Shown here: one piece after another, positions 59,557-64,000 of the stretch
Layout: each line of letters opens with the position of its first letter
How positions within the stretch are numbered: the stretch's first letter is position 1
Assembly: GCA_030390025.1 (NCBI GenBank)
Contig: CM059433.1
Location: 25,546,001-25,610,000 of the forward strand
Length of the DNA stretch: 64,000 bases
Direction of reading: 5' to 3'
Source of the DNA: Squalus acanthias
Taxonomy: Eukaryota
Made by a program: the position numbers and the translations under genes
The notes under the pieces: model-generated
Told to the model about the DNA's origin: nothing
What the model saw: the letters and a program-made list of their open reading frames with translations, nothing else
Database searches by the model: none

Positions 59557-60249
59557 TATTGCTGGTCTTCTGCGCCACTAAACAGCTATGTATAAAAGGT
59601 TTATTTATAAACAAATTGATAGTACATTGATAAAGACTGATAGTGATTGCCTTTATCATTGAACTTCATACCTATTGACCTCTAAACAAGTCAGGAAAAC
59701 TGCTCACAAAAATAAATAATATATCAGCAAAATTGAGCTTTTGACTGTAGAAAAAGAAGACTTTCTTAATATTTTAAAATGGGACATCTGCTACACTTTC
59801 TGTCACATCAAATTTCAAGCATTATGCTGGAATCATGGGTCACCCTTCCAATGTCACACTCTGGTGTCACACAGTGATGTCACACTTTTGTCATTGGCTT
59901 AAATTTCATAATAGTTAACAGCGTGTTCTGTGACCCATGATAAGCAATGTCATGGCAGGTCTGTTTTTAATATCATACTTTGGATATTACGCTGCAAGTG
60001 TTGTACTTTTTCATGTGACCTCTACAAATGGAAGCTCATCATTCTGATGTCTCGGAACGCTAACACTATCCTCCCAGAAGAAGGTGAAGTAACCAATTCG
60101 TCTACCCCAGCTCTTAAGGACAAGGTCATATAAGTTCTGGGAACATTGTTAATTACAAGCAGATAGACTTTAATGTATTCAATAGACTGGTTATCTAATA
60201 CTGTTAATTTTCCAGCTATCTAAGGAGTTTAAATTAAATTTAAACCCCT

Positions 60250-60400
60250 TTCCCTGGCTCTTTACTTGCTTATAAACTGTTAAATCTCTAACCTCTTCCA
60301 GTTCTGATGAAAGGTCAGATGCTGCCTGACCTGCTGAGTGTTTCCTGCATTTTCTGTTATTATTTCAGATTTCCAAAATCTGCAGAATTTTGCTTTTAAA
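60250..60400 (+). mobile_element. PLE-derived repeat with the hammerhead 3' half deleted
   Basis: GTTCTGATGAAAGGTCA|GATGCTGCCTGACCTGCTGAG. Confidence 0.7.
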
Positions 60401-61094
60401 TTAAATTAATCTCGTCAATTTATATCAATATCAGACACTAACTTCAACTATAAACATATTATCAGCAAGCAGTAAATGTTGAATTACTGTGACATAATTG
60501 ATCTGTCTGTAACCTCTGTTATTTATTTCATCAATTAACCCTATCTACTAACTACTTAAGTACTCGGGGTCGAGTTTCCACTTTGGGCACAATCGTGAAA
60601 TTGCACCCAAAATGCGCTTGAAATTCCGTTTTTCCAATTTGAAATTACGGTTCAAAATTCTGCCCAAATTCATTGGATAATCCCAAATGTAAAATTTCCC
60701 ATGAATCAGTGCAACGGAGCAACAGAAATTAGCGTAATCGATTAGTGACTGGGAACTGAGCCAATCAGGAATCAAGTTTCTGGGCAAGGGTCCTATAAAA
60801 GCCACTGAGAAAAATCCCCTTTAGAGTGTCGCTGAAGACCAAAAGGTAAGAGGACACATTTCTCTCTTTATGCGAATACTGCCATGCGGCCTTGCCTTAA
60901 GAGCATTGATTTGATTGATTTACATAATTTTAATTTATTAATGCATAAGTTTTAAGAGCAGTGAGTGATTTCAATCTAAGCAGTATGCAAATTGATTTAA
61001 CTATCTCTGCATTGACTCGTGAATAATTATATCACTCTCCTGAGCTGTATGCAAAGCATTCTGCAAGTATTTTGTAATTTTTCCCTCCTTGCAG

Positions 61095-62840
61095 ATGAAT
61101 GACCAAAAAGGTAAGAAGGATGCCCTCAAGAGGGCATGCAACTTTGCTGATGAGGACCTCCAGGCCCTCTTGAAAGAGATCGAGGCACGGCGGGGGAGGC
61201 TGGTTGCCTTGTGCAGTGAGGAGGAGTGCCTGGGGGGGGGTGGCGGAGGCACTGAGTGGGTCGACAATGGTCTCCAGCATGGCGAACCAGTGCCGCAAGA
61301 AGGTCAATGACCTGAAAGGTCAGGGAAAGTGAGAAATGTATTTTCATTCCTTCTCCCACTCCCAATCTGTAAGACTCGGGTGAGTCAATCAGACCTGCAA
61401 TCTGTCAGAGAGGACAACACTGCCCACCCCATCTCCCGATATATGCACAGCAGTAGCTTGTTGCAATTGCTCATCACACAATTTGATCTTTTCCTTTTGT
61501 CTTTGCAGGCCAAGAACGCGCACAATGCCCCAGAGAGGGTGAAGAGTGGTCGGGGTATCCCAAGCCTCAGGGCGTTGATCCCCCAAGTACAAGGCAGTGG
61601 AGCTGCTGGGGAAGCACACCATCATGGCTGTGGTGGGGGCCAAGGCGGGCAGGGAAAGTCCACCAACCAATGAGTACCTACCCTTTGACCATACAACGCT
61701 TCCGTACAGGACAGTGGCAGAAGGTTTGCCACCCACACCACTCCCCTTCCTCCCCGGCAATATGAACACTCTAATCATCTGGTTTTCTCCTCACAGCAAA
61801 GGAGAGAAAACTGACGACAGTTGCACTGGAGGAGAACGACTCAGAAGAGGTGGTGGAAGAAGAGGCGAGTGCGTGGGAAAGTGAGGCAGAGCTTCCCCAG
61901 CGGGAGATGGAGGGAGAGGGCCCTGGCTTCAGAAGGCAGCTCGTGCCCTACGATGAGGGTCTGATGGGAAGCCAGGACTCCTCACCAACATTCCTTCCTG
62001 GGAGTGAACCCTCAAGCCCACACTCAGGCCACCCCCAAGCAGAGGCAAAGTCAATTGACTCTCCTCAGGCCGGCACCAGCGCGGACACACACATGACCTT
62101 GCTTGGAGAGCGATACTGTGCTGCGGAAGCTCCCACGTGGCGGTGGAAAACTTGGAGGAGGCGGAGGATGTATCTGCCTCTCTGGTGAGACTGACAGAAG
62201 TCGGACATGGAGTGGTGAATTAGTGGAGCCTGACTTGTCGGCTGCAGACATGAAGAGGCACCTGCTGATGGAGCACCAGAGGGGATGAGGTCTCTGGGCT
62301 GCATCAAGGACACAACCTTGCTGACCTGGTCTCAGAATCTGCTGCCTGCACGCAGATCTGCGACATCATCACACAGGCAGCAGCTATAGTCCAGGAGCTC
62401 ATCCAGCAGCTGACTCGCCAGTTGACTGTTACCTCGGGACATCCAGCAGGTCCCCTCGTCAGGGGACAATGAAGTAGAAGCCAGGGCCCCCAACACGATG
62501 GAGGTTCAGGCTTCTACAGTTCAGGCCTTAGGAGCCAGACTGGGGGTTGTTGTAAGAGATGGCTTATAGTCTGTCAATGAGACCTGGTGGGGCATCGCAG
62601 ATGCCATCATTCCACCCATCATGGCAGTTGGTGAGTTTGTCAGTGAAGTCCGCACTGGTGGGTGGGCTTGTGTGCTCCGAGTGGCTGATGCTTCCACCTC
62701 TATAGGTAGAAGCACCACCCTTGGCTCCAGCAATACAGCAGTGGGCAGGTTGCTAGCTGTATCGGGCAGGCTGCACGAGGCACCTCAGGATCTCAATCCT
62801 GGGATGCAGGCGGCTGTACCCTTGCTCCAGGAGCAGACAT
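61095..62840 (+). pseudogene. Divergent Myb/SANT Harbinger-partner-like gene, frameshifted
   Basis: KRACNFADEDLQALLKEIEARRGRL, QCRKKVNDL, exon 2 AKNAHNAPERVKSGRG after ttgcag; upstream CCAAT ~60761, TATAAAA ~60794, donor at ~60846. Confidence 0.7.
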
Positions 62841-63008
62841 AGCCTCTCTACTTTGGCAGAAACATGTGACAAACATTTTTAAAAGTCCCACCAGTATCTT
62901 TCAGGCTTGTCCCTTGAGTTGAACTGCTTCCCGAACTTGGTGTTTTCATGAATATTTTCCTGCCAATATTTCTAGAGCCCTGTTTCTATGAAGGTGGACA
63001 AAATTGAG

Positions 63009-63070
63009 AGGTCGCACAACACCAGGTTATAGTCCAACAGTTTTATTTGAAATCACAAGCTTATCTCCGC
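63009..63070 (-). mobile_element. Short fragment of another PLE-derived shark-type repeat
   Basis: CACAACACCAGGTTATAGTCCAACAG.TTTATTTGAAATCACAAGCTT. Recognised from memory of such repeats, not verified. Confidence 0.4.
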
Positions 63071-64000
63071 ATCTATGAAGGTGCTCAGGATTCCTTTTAC
63101 CTAGAATGCACAACTGCAGGGATATGCCCCAGACATTCCTCCTCCCTCTAACTTTGCTTCTGTTCTGTTCTCCCTCTTACTTTGGACTGTCTCTTTTCTA
63201 TTTTGTTTCCACCTCCCAATTTGTCTCCCACTCACAGACTGCCCAGTGCCTGGGCACTGCTGTCCTGATCCCTTGTCCCATGTGGTGTAGTTCCAGCACT
63301 CATACTGAGCATTGAAGAAGAGAAGTGGAGCCGAGCTGCTGCTATGTTGGTTCCGAATGCTCTTTGCCTGCCTCCAGCTCGCACTCTCTGCCATTTACCT
63401 CATTCTACTTTTTCCACTGTTTCTCTTTCCCTCTGTGCTTTGCCCCCTCCCTCTGCCTGGATTTTCTTTCTCAGTACTCTGCTAATTTTTCTTCCACCGC
63501 CTCCCCCACCGAGTGTTGCCCACTCCTCCTGAATGCTGGCAGTCCCCAGAAACCCCCACTGATGGCTACAAGGCCACTAATATGTTGCCAGTCCTCAAAT
63601 GCTGCCTGTCCCTCCCCAAATACTCCCATTTTCCCCTCAGGATAGATTTTTCCCCAATAGTTTTACCTCCTGCCTTCCAGGCCTCACTCCTCTGCAGTGC
63701 TTCAAGTGCCTCACCAACCCAGAATACTCCTAGGCCTCATTCCCTTACTTTCCAGCTGTCAGGCCCACGGTTGCCATCTTCTTCTGTTCAAAATTGGACA
63801 TTGACGGGGTTTAGGACAGAGACCATGGGTTATGTGAGTGCTGGAATTTTTATCATTCATGTATTGCAGAACCAGCCAAACAATGCTATACTGATGGGCA
63901 GGGAATGAGTTTAAATATGTCTGGGTTCATTCAACTAAAAATATATTAAAACTTGGTGATAAAATTATTGTCTTTCTTCTGTGTTATAAAATGTATTCAG

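Noticed and set aside
63100..63740. Pyrimidine-rich ORFs near the window end
   Set aside because: Low-complexity sequence with no recognisable domain.
63745..63925. Possible minus-strand exon ending at GTAAGG
   Set aside because: Stops in all three frames and a weak acceptor.
1..64000. Uni-strand piRNA-cluster signature
   Set aside because: TE orientations are mixed; this cannot be supported without small-RNA data.

Overview
Eukaryotic, almost entirely repeat-derived DNA, most likely from a shark or other cartilaginous fish. This is inferred from CR1/HER1-type LINEs with (TTCTATGT)n tails, a DeuSINE/SacSINE1-like SINE and Penelope-derived repeats. No intact host gene can be supported. The window is a nest of PIF/Harbinger DNA transposons, each pairing a DDE transposase with a convergent, spliced Myb/SANT partner gene. 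One element looks fully intact (31170-35403), one has an intact transposase but a broken partner gene (19213-26523), about eight are decayed, and there are several MITE families, mostly with 3-bp TSDs. Also present are three copies of a long (~1.3 kb) LTR family, an ERV-like LTR with a tRNA-Arg PBS, a two-module minisatellite and a minimal hammerhead ribozyme motif. The most unusual signal is a single-ORF LINE family. Its 5' end is a tRNA-like Pol III head with a duplicated anticodon arm, and its ~3 kb sense strand is almost free of TTTT terminators, suggesting a Pol III-transcribed autonomous retrotransposon. All coordinates were read by eye; boundaries of decayed elements are approximate.
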